Counted from the stretch's first letter, positions 38,573 through 48,890 are shown. The stretch is DNA of 64,000 nucleotides from Chlorobiaceae bacterium (GCA_013335405.1 JAAXVR010000008.1:13663-77662), one strand, 5' to 3'. Notes: generated from the sequence alone by a model not told the origin. Numbers and translations are program-made.

Positions 38573-38604
38573 AAAAACAGCTGGAATGCCGGGTAGCTGT
38601 TTTT
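38573..38604. other. Perfect 10-bp hairpin (terminator-like) upstream of the porin gene
   Basis: aaaaacagct (38573-38582) / agctgttttt (38595-38604) with a 12-nt loop. No upstream gene ends here on either strand. Confidence 0.4.
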
Positions 38605-38832
38605 GTATAATGCCGGATTGGAACTTATAGTTTGGCATTATATCTATATGCTCATATAATAACAGTTTCCCGATTTGTTTGCAAATAATTGTTAATTTTT
38701 ATCCGGCACCTTTCGATGATCCTGTGCTTTTTTTGAGGAATTCGTGCAATATACGCCGTATTTTCATAAATACAACAGAACAGCAGGCTTGCCTGTTGTG
38801 AATACCTGTCAATTCAACCGGATTTTTCTTCC

Positions 38833-39339
38833 GTGGCCAACGTCAATCTCAGGGTAAGCGCATTATGTATCAGCGACGGGCATGTACTGCTCATCGAACA
38901 CAAAAGCTTCGCACCGGACGATCCGCACTTTCCGGCGAGTTACTGGATACTTCCCGGCGGTGTTGTGGAGCGCGGTGAAACGCTCGACGAAGCGCTGAAA
39001 CGTGAAATGATGGAAGAAACCGGGCTTGCATGCATTCCGGGAAACCTGCTTTTCATCAAGGAACTGCTCTATCCCTGGCCGGGAGCTCCCGATCAGGGAA
39101 GCCGGCACCATTCGGTTTCCCTCGGGTTCCACTGTACGGTGACGGGTGGGGAGCTCATGACCGGAAAAGACCCGGAGTTTCCGGACGATTCACAGGTGAT
39201 CATAAGGACGGAATGGGTTCCTCTGTGCGAGCTCGATCGCTACCATCTTTATCCACCGTTCCTGGCAGACTATGTTCATGGAAAGCGCGACGGTGATTTC
39301 GGCAACGCCGTTCCCGAGTTCTTCGATTCGCTCGCCTGA
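38833..39339 (+). CDS. NUDIX hydrolase
   Basis: Nudix box GGVVERGETLDEALKREMMEETG. GTG start. Confidence 0.8.
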   Translation: MANVNLRVSALCISDGHVLLIEHKSFAPDDPHFPASYWILPGGVVERGETLDEALKREMMEETGLACIPGNLLFIKELLYPWPGAPDQGSRHHSVSLGFHCTVTGGELMTGKDPEFPDDSQVIIRTEWVPLCELDRYHLYPPFLADYVHGKRDGDFGNAVPEFFDSLA

Positions 39340-39463
39340 TTCCGCAACATTCCGGCAGGCTGGCCAGGGTTCTGTTTTCCGGGATCGTCGCTGTTAACCC
39401 TTTGGTTGACATTTCACCGCCATATAGTAACAAACTATGTGTCCCTGTCACTCTGCTTTTTTT

Positions 39464-39489
39464 GTCATTCTGAGCAAAGCGAAGAATCC
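39464..39489. repeat. Short conserved intergenic element (yields FAQNDK / HSEQSEES pseudo-peptides)
   Basis: gtcattctgagcaaagcgaagaatcc. From memory, this motif recurs in intergenic DNA of many bacteria and generates spurious ORFs such as LRFAQNDKK (ORF 39200..39493) and FCHSEQSEES (ORF 39406..39753). Confidence 0.5.
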
Positions 39490-39533
39490 ACAAAGGGCAA
39501 CGACAGGCAAAGGTCGCTTCATTTCATTGCGTT

Positions 39534-40472
39534 TCAGCAGGATGTATCGGGCGCGAGGAGGGTCTGCAGTACCGCCATCCGGACGGCGATGCCGTTGGTG
39601 ACCTGTTCGAGCAGCATGCTCTGTGAAAAGCCTGGAGGCTGGATTCGGTCCGCGACATGGTTCGAGATTTCGATCTCGCGGTTTATCGGTCCGGGGTGGA
39701 GTACGAGCAGGTGTTTGCGGACCCGGTCGAGTTTTTCGTCGGTAAGTCCGTAGTGAACGGAGTACTCTTCGAGCGAAGGCAGGTAGCCTCCCGTTGCTCG
39801 TTCCAGCTGCAGACGGAGAACGATCGCCGTATCGGCCCACCTGATGGCATCGTCAAGATTGGTGAAAAGAGCTATACCGAGTTTGGCGGCATCCGGCGGC
39901 ATGAGCGTGACCGGACTGCAGATGCCTACGGAAGCGCCAAGAGCGAGCAGGCCGTAGATATTTGAACGGGCTACCCGGCTGTGGAGGACATCTCCGATGA
40001 TGATGACCCTGAGGTTTTCAAGTTTCCCGAAATATTCGCGGAGCGTGAACATGTCGAGCAACGCCTGTGTGGGATGCTCGTGGGAACCGTCGCCTGCATT
40101 GATGACGCTTTTTGTTGTGATGCCGGTTATCAGGTCTGCGGCGCCGGAAGACGGATGGCGAAGCACGAACGCGTCGACCTTCATGGCTTCGAGGTTCCTG
40201 ATGGTGTCGTTCAGTGTTTCGCCCTTGCTGACGCTGCTTGTTGACGCGCTGAAACTGAGCGTACCCGCGCCGAGATGACGCGCGGCTATTTCAAAGGAAA
40301 ATCTCGTCCGGGTTGAATTTTCGAAGAAACAAAGTGCGATTCGTTTTCGCGAGAGCTTCGCCTCGAAAGAGGGGTTTTCGGTGACAAGCTGTTTTTTGAA
40401 CCCTGCCGCCATGTCGAGAAGTCCGGATATCCGGGCTGCCGGAAGGTTGCATAATCCAGTGAGGTGCTTCAA
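39534..40472 (-). CDS. pyrB: Aspartate carbamoyltransferase catalytic subunit
   Basis: ENSTRTRFSFE, HPTQALLD and LHPGPINR motifs. TTG start (caa at 40470-40472). Confidence 0.9.
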   Translation of the reverse strand: MKHLTGLCNLPAARISGLLDMAAGFKKQLVTENPSFEAKLSRKRIALCFFENSTRTRFSFEIAARHLGAGTLSFSASTSSVSKGETLNDTIRNLEAMKVDAFVLRHPSSGAADLITGITTKSVINAGDGSHEHPTQALLDMFTLREYFGKLENLRVIIIGDVLHSRVARSNIYGLLALGASVGICSPVTLMPPDAAKLGIALFTNLDDAIRWADTAIVLRLQLERATGGYLPSLEEYSVHYGLTDEKLDRVRKHLLVLHPGPINREIEISNHVADRIQPPGFSQSMLLEQVTNGIAVRMAVLQTLLAPDTSC

Positions 40473-40747
40473 GTACGGAATTGTTTAGCTTTTTTAGGGT
40501 GATAATCCGTTTACCTGTGAAAGTAATAAAAAAAGATGATGAAAATTCACTCCGGCGGGGCTGGAGAATCTTGTGGTTCTCCGTCTCTCCGGTTTCTTTG
40601 TTAACTTCCTCTTTTTTCATTCGCTTCTCTTGTTTCTCCGGTCTGCCTGCAGATGATGAGCATCGGGAATTGAGGGGGGGATTCATGGGAAACGGGTAAT
40701 TGTCGGATCGTGTTTGCAAAGGAAAGAACTACAGGGGTAATCGATTC

Positions 40748-41101
40748 ATGCATGAAATGAGCGTTGCGCTGTCAATTGTCGAGGCGGTGGAAACGAGAGC
40801 AAAGGAAGAGGGCGCCGGGAGGGTTTCTGCAATCGACCTGGTCGTCGGCAGGTTATCAGGTATCGAGCCTGAATCACTGAGATTCTGTTTTTCTGCAGCT
40901 TCGAACGGGACGATCGCCGAAAACGCCGAACTTGTGATCGATGAACGGGAGGGAACGGGGGAGTGCCTGGAGTGCCGGAACAGGTTTCCGGTTTCCTTTT
41001 ATTTCGCCGAGTGCCCGGGGTGCGGATCGATGAAGATTGCGATAATTTCGGGCGAAGAATTCCGGATACAATCAATGACCATAGAAGAAGAGGGAGAATA
41101 G
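40748..41101 (+). CDS. hypA: Hydrogenase nickel insertion protein HypA
   Basis: MHEMSVALSIVEAVE start and a CxxC...CxxC zinc site (CLECRN...CPGCGS). Start taken at ATG 40748. Confidence 0.85.
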   Translation: MHEMSVALSIVEAVETRAKEEGAGRVSAIDLVVGRLSGIEPESLRFCFSAASNGTIAENAELVIDEREGTGECLECRNRFPVSFYFAECPGCGSMKIAIISGEEFRIQSMTIEEEGE

Positions 41102-41105
41102 AAAC

Positions 41106-41930
41106 ATGTGCGATACCTGCGGGTGTTCATCTGAAAGCGGGGCTGTGCTCCGCAAGCCGGGAGAAGCCGGTTACCATGTCCATGTCGGCGATCACGAACA
41201 TGCACACGGCCATGACGATCATGGCCACGATCATTCTCTGGACCATGATCATCATCACCATTCCCATGATGAGCGGGGCCGAAAAATCTTGATGGAACAG
41301 GATGTGCTTCTCAAGAACAACCTCCTCGCCGAAAGGAACCGGGGCTATTTCGAAGCAAGGAAAATCATGGCGCTGAATTTCCTGAGTTCCCCGGGTTCGG
41401 GAAAAACATCACTGCTCGAAAAAACCATTCCGATGCTGCTCGCTCATGTTCCCGTTGCCGTCATCGAGGGTGACCAGCAGACCACGAACGACGCTGAACG
41501 CATCCATGCGCTCGGTGTTCCGGTCATCCAGATCAATACCGGTTCGGGCTGCCACCTCGACGCCCTCATGGTCAACAGGGCCGTCAAAGAGATGGAACTG
41601 AAGGATAATTCCCTGCTCTGCATAGAAAATGTCGGCAATCTGGTCTGCCCGGCGATGTTCGATCTCGGAGAAGCGAAGAAAATCGTGATCATCAGCACTA
41701 CCGAAGGCGACGATAAGCCGCTGAAATATCCCGCGATGTTCCATGAGGCAGATATCTGCGTTCTCAACAAGACGGACCTGCTTCCCTATGTCGATTTCAG
41801 TGTGCCGAGATGCCGCGAAAACGCGATGCGCGTCAACCACCACCTGGAATGGTTTGAAGTATCGGTCAAAACCGGCGAAGGGCTCGATTCCCTTGCCGCC
41901 CGCATCAAGAACCTTGCGGAACATCGCTGA
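41106..41930 (+). CDS. hypB: Hydrogenase nickel-incorporation GTPase HypB
   Basis: N-terminal CxxCGC motif, a His-rich tract (HVHVGDHEHAHGHDDHGHDHSLDHDHHHHSHDE), P-loop GSGKTSLL and ENVGNLVCP. Confidence 0.9.
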   Translation: MCDTCGCSSESGAVLRKPGEAGYHVHVGDHEHAHGHDDHGHDHSLDHDHHHHSHDERGRKILMEQDVLLKNNLLAERNRGYFEARKIMALNFLSSPGSGKTSLLEKTIPMLLAHVPVAVIEGDQQTTNDAERIHALGVPVIQINTGSGCHLDALMVNRAVKEMELKDNSLLCIENVGNLVCPAMFDLGEAKKIVIISTTEGDDKPLKYPAMFHEADICVLNKTDLLPYVDFSVPRCRENAMRVNHHLEWFEVSVKTGEGLDSLAARIKNLAEHR

Positions 41931-41935
41931 ACGCT

Positions 41936-44221
41936 GTGGAAACAGTCTCCTGTAAAAGAATACGGTACCATGTCAACGGTATGGTCCAGGGGGTGGGGTT
42001 CCGCCCTTTCGTTTACCGCATTGCCGTTGCCGAGGGGTTGACAGGATTCATCAGGAACACGGCTTCAGGGGTCCTGATCGAGGTCCAGGGCAGGCCAGGG
42101 TCTGTGGGGGAATTTTCCCGGAGGCTCTGCTGCGAAGGACCGCCGCTTTCGAGAATTGAGGCGATCGTTGAAACTGCGCTTCCACCGGGTGAGGAAACGG
42201 AGTTCTCGATCGGCGTATCGGGAAGCGGCGAAGAGGTCGAAACACTTGTGCCTCCCGATATCGCGCTTTGCCGTGACTGTCGCCGTGAGCTTTTCGACCC
42301 GTCGGACCGCCGTTTCCGCTATCCGTTCATCAACTGCACGAACTGCGGTCCCCGGTATACCATCGTCGACCGCCTGCCATACGATCGACCCTTCACCTCC
42401 ATGCATGGATTCACGATGTGTCCGGAGTGCGAACGGGAGTACCGCGATCCGTTCGACCGCAGGTTCCACGCCCAACCCAATGCCTGCCCTGTGTGCGGCC
42501 CGAGGGCTGTGTTGCTCGATGCTTCGGGTGAGCTGCTCGACGTTCCCGATGCGGTCGCAGGAGCTGCGGCAATGCTCAGGCAGGGGAAGATCGTCGCCCT
42601 GAAAGGGGTTGGAGGTTTCCATCTCACTGTCGATGCCTCGAACGGCAAAGCGGTAGAAAATCTCAGGGAAAGAAAGGGACGTGAAGCAAAACCGTTTGCA
42701 GTGATGATGAGGGATCCCGTAATCGTTTCAACGTACTGCTCGCTCTCACCGGTGGAAACCGAAGCGCTTTCGTCCCCGGAAGCACCGATCGTGCTGCTTC
42801 GTAAAAAGGCAAACGACGGAATTTCTTCTTCAGTCGCGCCGGGCAACGACCGGCTCGGCGTCATGCTGCCTTACTCGCCGCTGCATGCCCTGCTTTGCGC
42901 CGACGCTCCGGAAGTGCTCGTCATGACCAGTGCGAATTTCAGCGAGGAGCCGATTGTCACCGACAATGAAGAGGCCATTATACGCCTGGGAGGGATTGCC
43001 GATTTTTTCCTGGTGCATGACAGGCCGATTTACCTGAAATGCGACGATTCCGTCACGGTCGAACTGTCGGGAAGGCTCCGCCAGCTGAGACGCAGCAGGG
43101 GATATGTACCGGTTCCTGTGTTCCTGCGGCAGGGCGGGCCGGTCGTGCTCGGTACAGGCGGTGAACTGAAGAATACCCTGGCCTTGCTGAAAGGGAACCA
43201 TGCGCTCCTGAGCCAGCACATCGGGGATATGAAGAACTACGATGCTTTCAGCCATTTCGAACATGCGGCGCGACATCTTCAGCATCTTTTCCAGGCGACG
43301 CCGGAGCTGATCGTGCACGATCTCCACCCGGGATATATGACCACCCGCTGGGCAGAAGAACAGGGGTTGCCGGTCCTGGGTGTCCAGCACCACCACGCCC
43401 ATCTTGCTTCGTGCCTTGCCGAAAACAGAGAGGGGGGGCCTGTAATCGGCCTCATCCTTGACGGGACAGGGTATGGAACCGACGGTACGATATGGGGAGG
43501 CGAAGTGCTGATCGGAGACGAAAGCGGGGCAGAGCGTTTCGCCATGTTTGAAAAAATGCCCATTGCCGGCGGCGAAACTGCGATAATCCAGCCATGGCGC
43601 CTTGCACTCGGGTATCTCTGGCGGAGCAGCCCTGAACTTCCCGCGCTGCCATTCATGGAAGGCAGGCCACTCGGGCCTGTGCTCGAACTGCTGCGCAGGG
43701 GAACGGGCGTTCCGGAAACATCGAGCTGCGGAAGGCTTTTCGATGCCGTCGCGGCTCTCGTCGGGCTGCGGGGTGAAATCAGCTATGAAGGTCAGGCTGC
43801 AATCGAGCTGATGCATGCAGCCGGCCCGGAGGCAGGAACGAAAGCGTTTCCGCATGAGATCAAGAGGGAAAAAGGCCTGCGGCTGATGCTGGTTTCCCCT
43901 GTTGTCATGGCTGTAGCGCACTCAGTGAATCGCATGGTGCCCGTACCGGACATCAGCAGGATGTTCCATCGGACGCTGGTCAACCTTTTTCTCGATATTA
44001 TTTCTGAAGCTGCAACGGTGTCGGGAATCAGGACCGTTGCCTTGAGCGGGGGGGTCTTCCAGAACGCGCTGCTTTTCGAAACGCTTGTCACCGAACTGGA
44101 AAACGCAGGATACAGGACGCTCACGCACTCGCTGGTACCCTCCAACGACGGCGGTCTTTCGCTGGGCCAGGCGGTTATCGGGCGCAGCTACCTCGCAGGC
44201 CGGTATCTCGGGGTAAGCTGA
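41936..44221 (+). CDS. hypF: Carbamoyltransferase HypF
   Basis: Acylphosphatase domain (VNGMVQGVGFRPF), two zinc fingers (CRDC...CTNCGPRY; CPEC...CPVCGP), and YrdC-like and Kae1-like domains. GTG start. Confidence 0.9.
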   Translation: METVSCKRIRYHVNGMVQGVGFRPFVYRIAVAEGLTGFIRNTASGVLIEVQGRPGSVGEFSRRLCCEGPPLSRIEAIVETALPPGEETEFSIGVSGSGEEVETLVPPDIALCRDCRRELFDPSDRRFRYPFINCTNCGPRYTIVDRLPYDRPFTSMHGFTMCPECEREYRDPFDRRFHAQPNACPVCGPRAVLLDASGELLDVPDAVAGAAAMLRQGKIVALKGVGGFHLTVDASNGKAVENLRERKGREAKPFAVMMRDPVIVSTYCSLSPVETEALSSPEAPIVLLRKKANDGISSSVAPGNDRLGVMLPYSPLHALLCADAPEVLVMTSANFSEEPIVTDNEEAIIRLGGIADFFLVHDRPIYLKCDDSVTVELSGRLRQLRRSRGYVPVPVFLRQGGPVVLGTGGELKNTLALLKGNHALLSQHIGDMKNYDAFSHFEHAARHLQHLFQATPELIVHDLHPGYMTTRWAEEQGLPVLGVQHHHAHLASCLAENREGGPVIGLILDGTGYGTDGTIWGGEVLIGDESGAERFAMFEKMPIAGGETAIIQPWRLALGYLWRSSPELPALPFMEGRPLGPVLELLRRGTGVPETSSCGRLFDAVAALVGLRGEISYEGQAAIELMHAAGPEAGTKAFPHEIKREKGLRLMLVSPVVMAVAHSVNRMVPVPDISRMFHRTLVNLFLDIISEAATVSGIRTVALSGGVFQNALLFETLVTELENAGYRTLTHSLVPSNDGGLSLGQAVIGRSYLAGRYLGVS

Positions 44222-44332
44222 CAGCCAGTCCCGCAGCGTTCGGAATGCCTTTTTGTTCTTGCGGCGGCATTGCATTATCTTTTTGTTTCTTTTTCTGCAT
44301 GAACCGAACCATTCTTAATTCAACTGCGAACC

Positions 44333-44605
44333 ATGTGTCTGGCAATACCCGGAAAGCTTCTTGAGATCTCATTGGAAAACGGCCTGAAAATGGGCATTGT
44401 CGATGTGAACGGAACGAAAACCCGGGCGTGTCTCGAATATGTGCCCGACATCCGGCAAGGGCAGTACACCATCGTACATGCCGGTTTCGCCCTGAAGATC
44501 ATCGACGAGGAGGAGGCTGCCGAAAGCCTGAAGCTCTGGCAGGAACTGATCGACAGCGGCGCTTTCGATCATGACGGCGAAATGCCGTACTCCGTATCAT
44601 CGTAA
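44333..44605 (+). CDS. hypC: Hydrogenase assembly chaperone HypC
   Basis: [10 protein letters not shown]-terminus and HAGFAL. Confidence 0.9.
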   Translation: MCLAIPGKLLEISLENGLKMGIVDVNGTKTRACLEYVPDIRQGQYTIVHAGFALKIIDEEEAAESLKLWQELIDSGAFDHDGEMPYSVSS

Positions 44606-44616
44606 TCCGGGCCGCC

Positions 44617-45714
44617 ATGAAATACATCGATGAATACCGGGATCCGAAACTGGCGCGACAACTGCTGCAGGAGATTTCCAGGAAAACAACCCGCCGCTGG
44701 ACCATTATGGAAATCTGCGGCGGCCAGACCCATTCCATCCTCCGAAACGGCATTGACCAGCTGCTTCCCGAAAGAATAGAGCTCGTGCACGGACCCGGCT
44801 GTCCGGTCTGCGTCACTCCGCTCGAATCGATCGAGCGCGCGCTTGCCATTGCTTCGGAAAAGGAGGTCATATTCACGAGCTTCGGCGACATGCTCCGCGT
44901 TCCCGGCAGTTCGAGAGACCTTTTCATGGTGCGCAGCGAGGGGGGAGATGTGCGGATCGTTTTTTCGCCCCTCGACGCATTGCAGATAGCGAGGGCCAAC
45001 CCATCCAGAGAGGTGGTGTTCTTTGCCGTCGGGTTCGAGACAACGGCCCCCGCAAATGCCATGGCGGTTTACCAGGCAGCCCGCGAAGGCATCGGCAATT
45101 TCAGCGTGCTCGTAAGCCAGGTGCTCGTACCCCCGGCAATGCGGGCGATACTTTCCTCTCCCGACAACCGGGTGCAGGGTTTTCTTGCCGCAGGCCATGT
45201 CTGTGCGGTGATGGGGTACAGCGAGTATGAGCCAATCGCGCACGAATTCTGCGTGCCGGTCGTACCGACCGGTTTCGAACCTGTGGATCTGCTCGACGGC
45301 ATCCTGAAAACGGTGGAAATGCTCGAGGAAGGGAAGTCCGGGGTGGTGAACCGGTACACGAGGGTGGTGCAGAAGGAAGGTAATCCGGTTGCCCGCGAGG
45401 TGATCGGAAAAGTGTTCGAAGTCGTCGACCGGCAGTGGCGGGGTATCGGCATGATTCCCGGGAGCGGCCTTGGCCTGAGGGCGGAATTTGAGCGGTTCAA
45501 CGCTGAAAAGAAATTCGGCGTCGCTCATATCGTCGCTTCCGAGTCGCCTCTCTGCATGAGCGGGAGCGTACTTCAGGGAAAGATGAAACCGGACGATTGC
45601 CCGGCTTTCGGAAAAGAGTGTACCCCGCTTCATCCGCTCGGGGCCACCATGGTCTCGTCCGAAGGGGCCTGCGCCGCATATTACAACTATCACGGAAACC
45701 TCTCACCCTTATGA
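44617..45714 (+). CDS. hypD: Hydrogenase maturation factor HypD
   Basis: [19 protein letters not shown] and [11 protein letters not shown] motifs. Confidence 0.9.
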   Translation: MKYIDEYRDPKLARQLLQEISRKTTRRWTIMEICGGQTHSILRNGIDQLLPERIELVHGPGCPVCVTPLESIERALAIASEKEVIFTSFGDMLRVPGSSRDLFMVRSEGGDVRIVFSPLDALQIARANPSREVVFFAVGFETTAPANAMAVYQAAREGIGNFSVLVSQVLVPPAMRAILSSPDNRVQGFLAAGHVCAVMGYSEYEPIAHEFCVPVVPTGFEPVDLLDGILKTVEMLEEGKSGVVNRYTRVVQKEGNPVAREVIGKVFEVVDRQWRGIGMIPGSGLGLRAEFERFNAEKKFGVAHIVASESPLCMSGSVLQGKMKPDDCPAFGKECTPLHPLGATMVSSEGACAAYYNYHGNLSPL

Positions 45715-46754
45715 GCATCGCTCCAGCATGCCCATCACCGATACAGCGGCATGAAACCGTCCAGATGGCACATGGTGCCGGAGGACGTCTTTCGCAGTCT
45801 CTCATGCAGCGTGTTTTCATGCCCCATCTCTCGAATGCCTTTCTCGATATGCTCGACGATCAGGCCAAAGTCGAACTGCCGGCCGGAAAAACAGCCTTCA
45901 CAACGGATACCTATGTCGTAAGCCCGGTTTTTTTTCCCGGCGGCAATATCGGGGAGCTCGCGGTCAACGGCACCGTGAACGATCTTGCCGTTGGCGGCGC
46001 CAGGCCGCTCTATCTCAGTGCGGGGTTCGTGCTCGAGGAGGGTCTGCCGCTTTCGGAACTGGAAACCATTGTCAGCAGCATGGCCGAAGCAGCCCGAAAA
46101 GCGGGAGTGATGATCGTGACCGGGGATACGAAAGTCGTCGGCAGGGGGCAGTGCGACAAACTGTTCATCAATACTTCGGGCATCGGAATCGTGAGGGAGG
46201 GGACCGCGTTGTCATGCAGGAACCTTAAGACCGGGGACAGCATCATTCTTTCGGGAAGTGTCGGGGACCACGGGATGGCCATCATGACATCGCGCGAAGG
46301 GCTTTCGTTCCACTCGGGCATAATGAGCGACTGCACTGCGTTGAACGCAATGATTGAAGCGGTGCTCGACGCAGTGCCTTCCGTCCATGCGATGAGAGAT
46401 CCCACCAGGGGAGGTGTTGCTGCCACCCTCAACGAGCTTGCACTGTCTTCGGCGGCGGGCATGGAAATCCATGAAGGAAGCATTCCGGTCAGAGCAGACG
46501 TGAGGGGTGCCTGCGAACTTCTCGGCATCGATCCCCTGCACGTGGCAAACGAAGGCAAGCTCGTGCTTTCGGTTTCGCCTGAACATGCACAGACGGTTGT
46601 CGGGGTCATGAGGGCATTCGAATGCGGCCGCGATGCTGTCATCATCGGTTCGGTGGTTGCCGATCATCCGGGAACCGTTGTGATGCGTACAGCCTTCGGC
46701 AGCAGGCGCATTATCGATCTTCCCCTCGGAGAACAGCTGCCACGTATCTGCTGA
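45711..46754 (+). CDS. hypE: Hydrogenase maturation factor HypE
   Basis: MAHGAGG, the AIR-synthase-like fold and the C-terminal PRIC motif. ATG 45711 overlaps the hypD stop as ATGA. Confidence 0.9.
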   Translation: MSIAPACPSPIQRHETVQMAHGAGGRLSQSLMQRVFMPHLSNAFLDMLDDQAKVELPAGKTAFTTDTYVVSPVFFPGGNIGELAVNGTVNDLAVGGARPLYLSAGFVLEEGLPLSELETIVSSMAEAARKAGVMIVTGDTKVVGRGQCDKLFINTSGIGIVREGTALSCRNLKTGDSIILSGSVGDHGMAIMTSREGLSFHSGIMSDCTALNAMIEAVLDAVPSVHAMRDPTRGGVAATLNELALSSAAGMEIHEGSIPVRADVRGACELLGIDPLHVANEGKLVLSVSPEHAQTVVGVMRAFECGRDAVIIGSVVADHPGTVVMRTAFGSRRIIDLPLGEQLPRIC

Positions 46755-46834
46755 ACGTTCATACAGGAGCGATTCTCGTTCCTTTTTGTCGGGAAAAAAC
46801 AACGTGCCGTTTGCTGCTTCGCCTGGTCATGCCG

Positions 46835-47245
46835 TTAATCGCGGAACCGTTTTTCTATCACTTTTGCGGGGTACCGGGTGAGATCATGTTTCGGCAGTGA
46901 CCCATTGGGTGTCGTCTTTTGTGGATTTTCCGGTTTGGAACGATCCGAAATCCCTTCGTCGTGAATTCCCGGTTCAGGTTCATTCTGTGCCGTTCTTACT
47001 TTTTCGAGCAGATAGTGCATCATGCAGATAATCAGTCCCTCCAGTTTTTCACCAGGCCTGTCAGTTTCCATTTTTCTTTCTTCTGGCCTGCCCTCAGCCC
47101 CCATTCTTTTTGCTGAAACATCCGGAGAGTCCTGATGCATATCCTCGAGTTATTTTGTTTTCCTTTCAGCCCGAAACGAATTGACAGACCTGTTTGCAGT
47201 GTCCCGTTCGCTCCGGAGTATACCTGACAGGTTTTCGCAAAGCAT
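46835..47245 (-). pseudogene. Orphan reading frame interrupted by one in-frame TAA (possible pseudogene or two short ORFs)
   Basis: ATG 47245 is preceded by AGGAGGG, 12 nt upstream. It opens a 31-codon ORF (MLCENLSGILRSERDTANRSVNSFRAERKTK) that stops at TAA 47152-47150. The same frame continues 3 codons later with the 101-aa ORF 46835..47140. No family recognised. Confidence 0.3.
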
Positions 47246-47285
47246 TTCCGGGATCCACCCTCCTGTTTGTTTCTGAATAAATATG

Positions 47286-47298
47286 ATAAAAATTATAA
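47286..47298 (+). repeat. 13-nt AT-rich motif ATAAAAATTATAA, left copy
   Basis: Exact reverse complement of 48878-48890. It lies in the divergent spacer upstream of ORF 47459. Confidence 0.6.
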
Positions 47299-47458
47299 AT
47301 ATTATGTAATATTGGTAATAAGTTTGGCCTGGTTGGCTGGATGCCTGAACGTTCGGTACTGCATGGTTCTTCCGTATCTCGTTGAAAAAGCTGTTGCTGC
47401 TTTTAAAAACGGTTACTCGTCTTTGTTGTGGAATTAATCAGACCCCGAGGAGGTTGCA

Positions 47459-48079
47459 ATGAGTTTTCATGAGAGCATGGTCATTCCTTCGCTGTATACC
47501 GAGGAGGAGCAGAGGATTATCGAGCGCTGGATTCAAAAGGCTTTTTCCTGTCACGAAACAGATGGGGTAATCGATTCGAACAGGGTTGCCGAGATTGCGC
47601 TTGCGACTGCACAGACAAGGCTTCCAAAAGGGATTGTCATCAGTGAAGACGGCTCGGTGAGCGTCGGGCGAAAAACATGGGAGTTGTCTGTACCGATGAG
47701 AGCCGGCTTGATTTTCCCTGTTCATGTATTCGATATCGACTGGGATGATACCCATGCCGGCATGTCCTGGCCGGAGGTTTATTATGTAACCTCTCTTCCC
47801 GGCTACCATGTTTGTGTCGTCACCATATCGATGCATTCCGGCGAGAGTTACGGGTATTCGGATCTGTCGATAGGTGGTTTTTTCAACGATGACGATTCGC
47901 AGAAAGCTGAAAAAACAGCCGGCGTGATACGTACATGGTGGAAGCACCTTCATGAAAAACAGCGTAAACCGGTATGGAAAGCGATCATGAACACCGGGCT
48001 GATCGATGCTGAAACAGCATGCCGTTTGCGTGAAGATGAATGGAACAAGGTGGGCAGCCATGACGAGGTTGTTCCCTGA
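47459..48079 (+). CDS. Hypothetical protein (orphan, 206 aa)
   Basis: Strong RBS GAGGAGG 6 nt upstream of the ATG, and an uninterrupted 206-codon frame. No recognisable motif. Confidence 0.55.
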   Translation: MSFHESMVIPSLYTEEEQRIIERWIQKAFSCHETDGVIDSNRVAEIALATAQTRLPKGIVISEDGSVSVGRKTWELSVPMRAGLIFPVHVFDIDWDDTHAGMSWPEVYYVTSLPGYHVCVVTISMHSGESYGYSDLSIGGFFNDDDSQKAEKTAGVIRTWWKHLHEKQRKPVWKAIMNTGLIDAETACRLREDEWNKVGSHDEVVP

Positions 48080-48194
48080 AATTGAAGCGAATTTCCGGGA
48101 GTGTCAGGGAGTTTCGCCTCTTCGTGATGGTCCGGCCCAGGAGGTTATTCTTCAGATGGCAGAAGCATGCCTGAAATACATCCGGAATCCGTGA
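48060..48194 (+). CDS. Possible small overlapping ORF (44 aa)
   Basis: ATG 48060 overlaps the end of the 206-aa ORF by 20 nt in another frame: MTRLFPEIEANFRECQGVSPLRDGPAQEVILQMAEACLKYIRNP. No RBS seen. Confidence 0.25.
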   Translation: MTRLFPEIEANFRECQGVSPLRDGPAQEVILQMAEACLKYIRNP

Positions 48195-48367
48195 ATTTTT
48201 CCATCCCTCAATCCGGTATACGAACAATCCCTCCGGTTTGTTCAGGCTTTGTGTGAAGAGGGGTATTCATTCCAAAAGGCGTTTCCTCTCATTTATTGTT
48301 TCAGGGCCGGGCAACAGGGCATTTCGCATTTCTCCCCTCGTTGCTGTTCAGAAAGCAGCAATCGAGA

Positions 48368-48676
48368 TCAGTTGAGTCTCTGTTCGAGATCAGCTTTTTC
48401 CCCGAACATGGTCTCGTTATATTTTTCCCCAGCTGAAAAACCAGCGATAAAAACACTTTCTGCGAACTCCTCGAGAGTAATTCCCGGTTCTATTTTCTGG
48501 AGCAGGTAACTTTCCATGCTTTTCGGCTGTATAATTGCATTCATCCTGCCGATATACGATGTCCAGGCCTTTCTGACAGCCTGTAACCACAAGATTCCTG
48601 GCATTGTTTCGTTCCGGTTTTCAGCTTGTGCAGCCTGTTCTGTCAGTACATACGGTATGAGATGAGGCGTCGGCAC
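48368..48676 (-). CDS. Hypothetical protein (orphan, 102 aa or 78 aa from an internal Met)
   Basis: Open frame convergent with ORF 47459. No recognisable motif. Confidence 0.4.
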   Translation of the reverse strand: MPTPHLIPYVLTEQAAQAENRNETMPGILWLQAVRKAWTSYIGRMNAIIQPKSMESYLLQKIEPGITLEEFAESVFIAGFSAGEKYNETMFGEKADLEQRLN

Positions 48677-48877
48677 TGCCGTTTTTCCCTTACAGGTTTC
48701 CTTCGGTTTTCACCGGCCTGAAAACCGAACCATGGAACCCTCTCCAGTTATGGAGCTCTCCTTCCTGCAGTAATGATATCACCAATGAGATACGATATCC
48801 GGTAAAACACGTTCCACTCAGGAAACGGATGATGCTGTTCATCGGTCAGCTGTGCCGTCACCAATGAATTATAGTAA

Positions 48878-48890
48878 TTATAATTTTTAT
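48878..48890 (-). repeat. 13-nt AT-rich motif ATAAAAATTATAA, right copy (inverted)
   Basis: ttataatttttat on the plus strand, the exact reverse complement of 47286-47298. A further 5 of 7 flanking bases match. Confidence 0.6.

Noticed and set aside
40291-40719. 142-aa minus-strand ORF spanning the pyrB start and the pyrB-hypA spacer.
   Set aside because: It overlaps the pyrB 5' end out of frame. pyrB has a convincing TTG start with a canonical N-terminus (MKHLTGL...), and the extra ORF has no motifs.
41150-41270. His/Asp-rich low-complexity coding repeat.
   Set aside because: This is the well-known histidine-rich nickel-storage tract of HypB. It is not a separate repeat feature.
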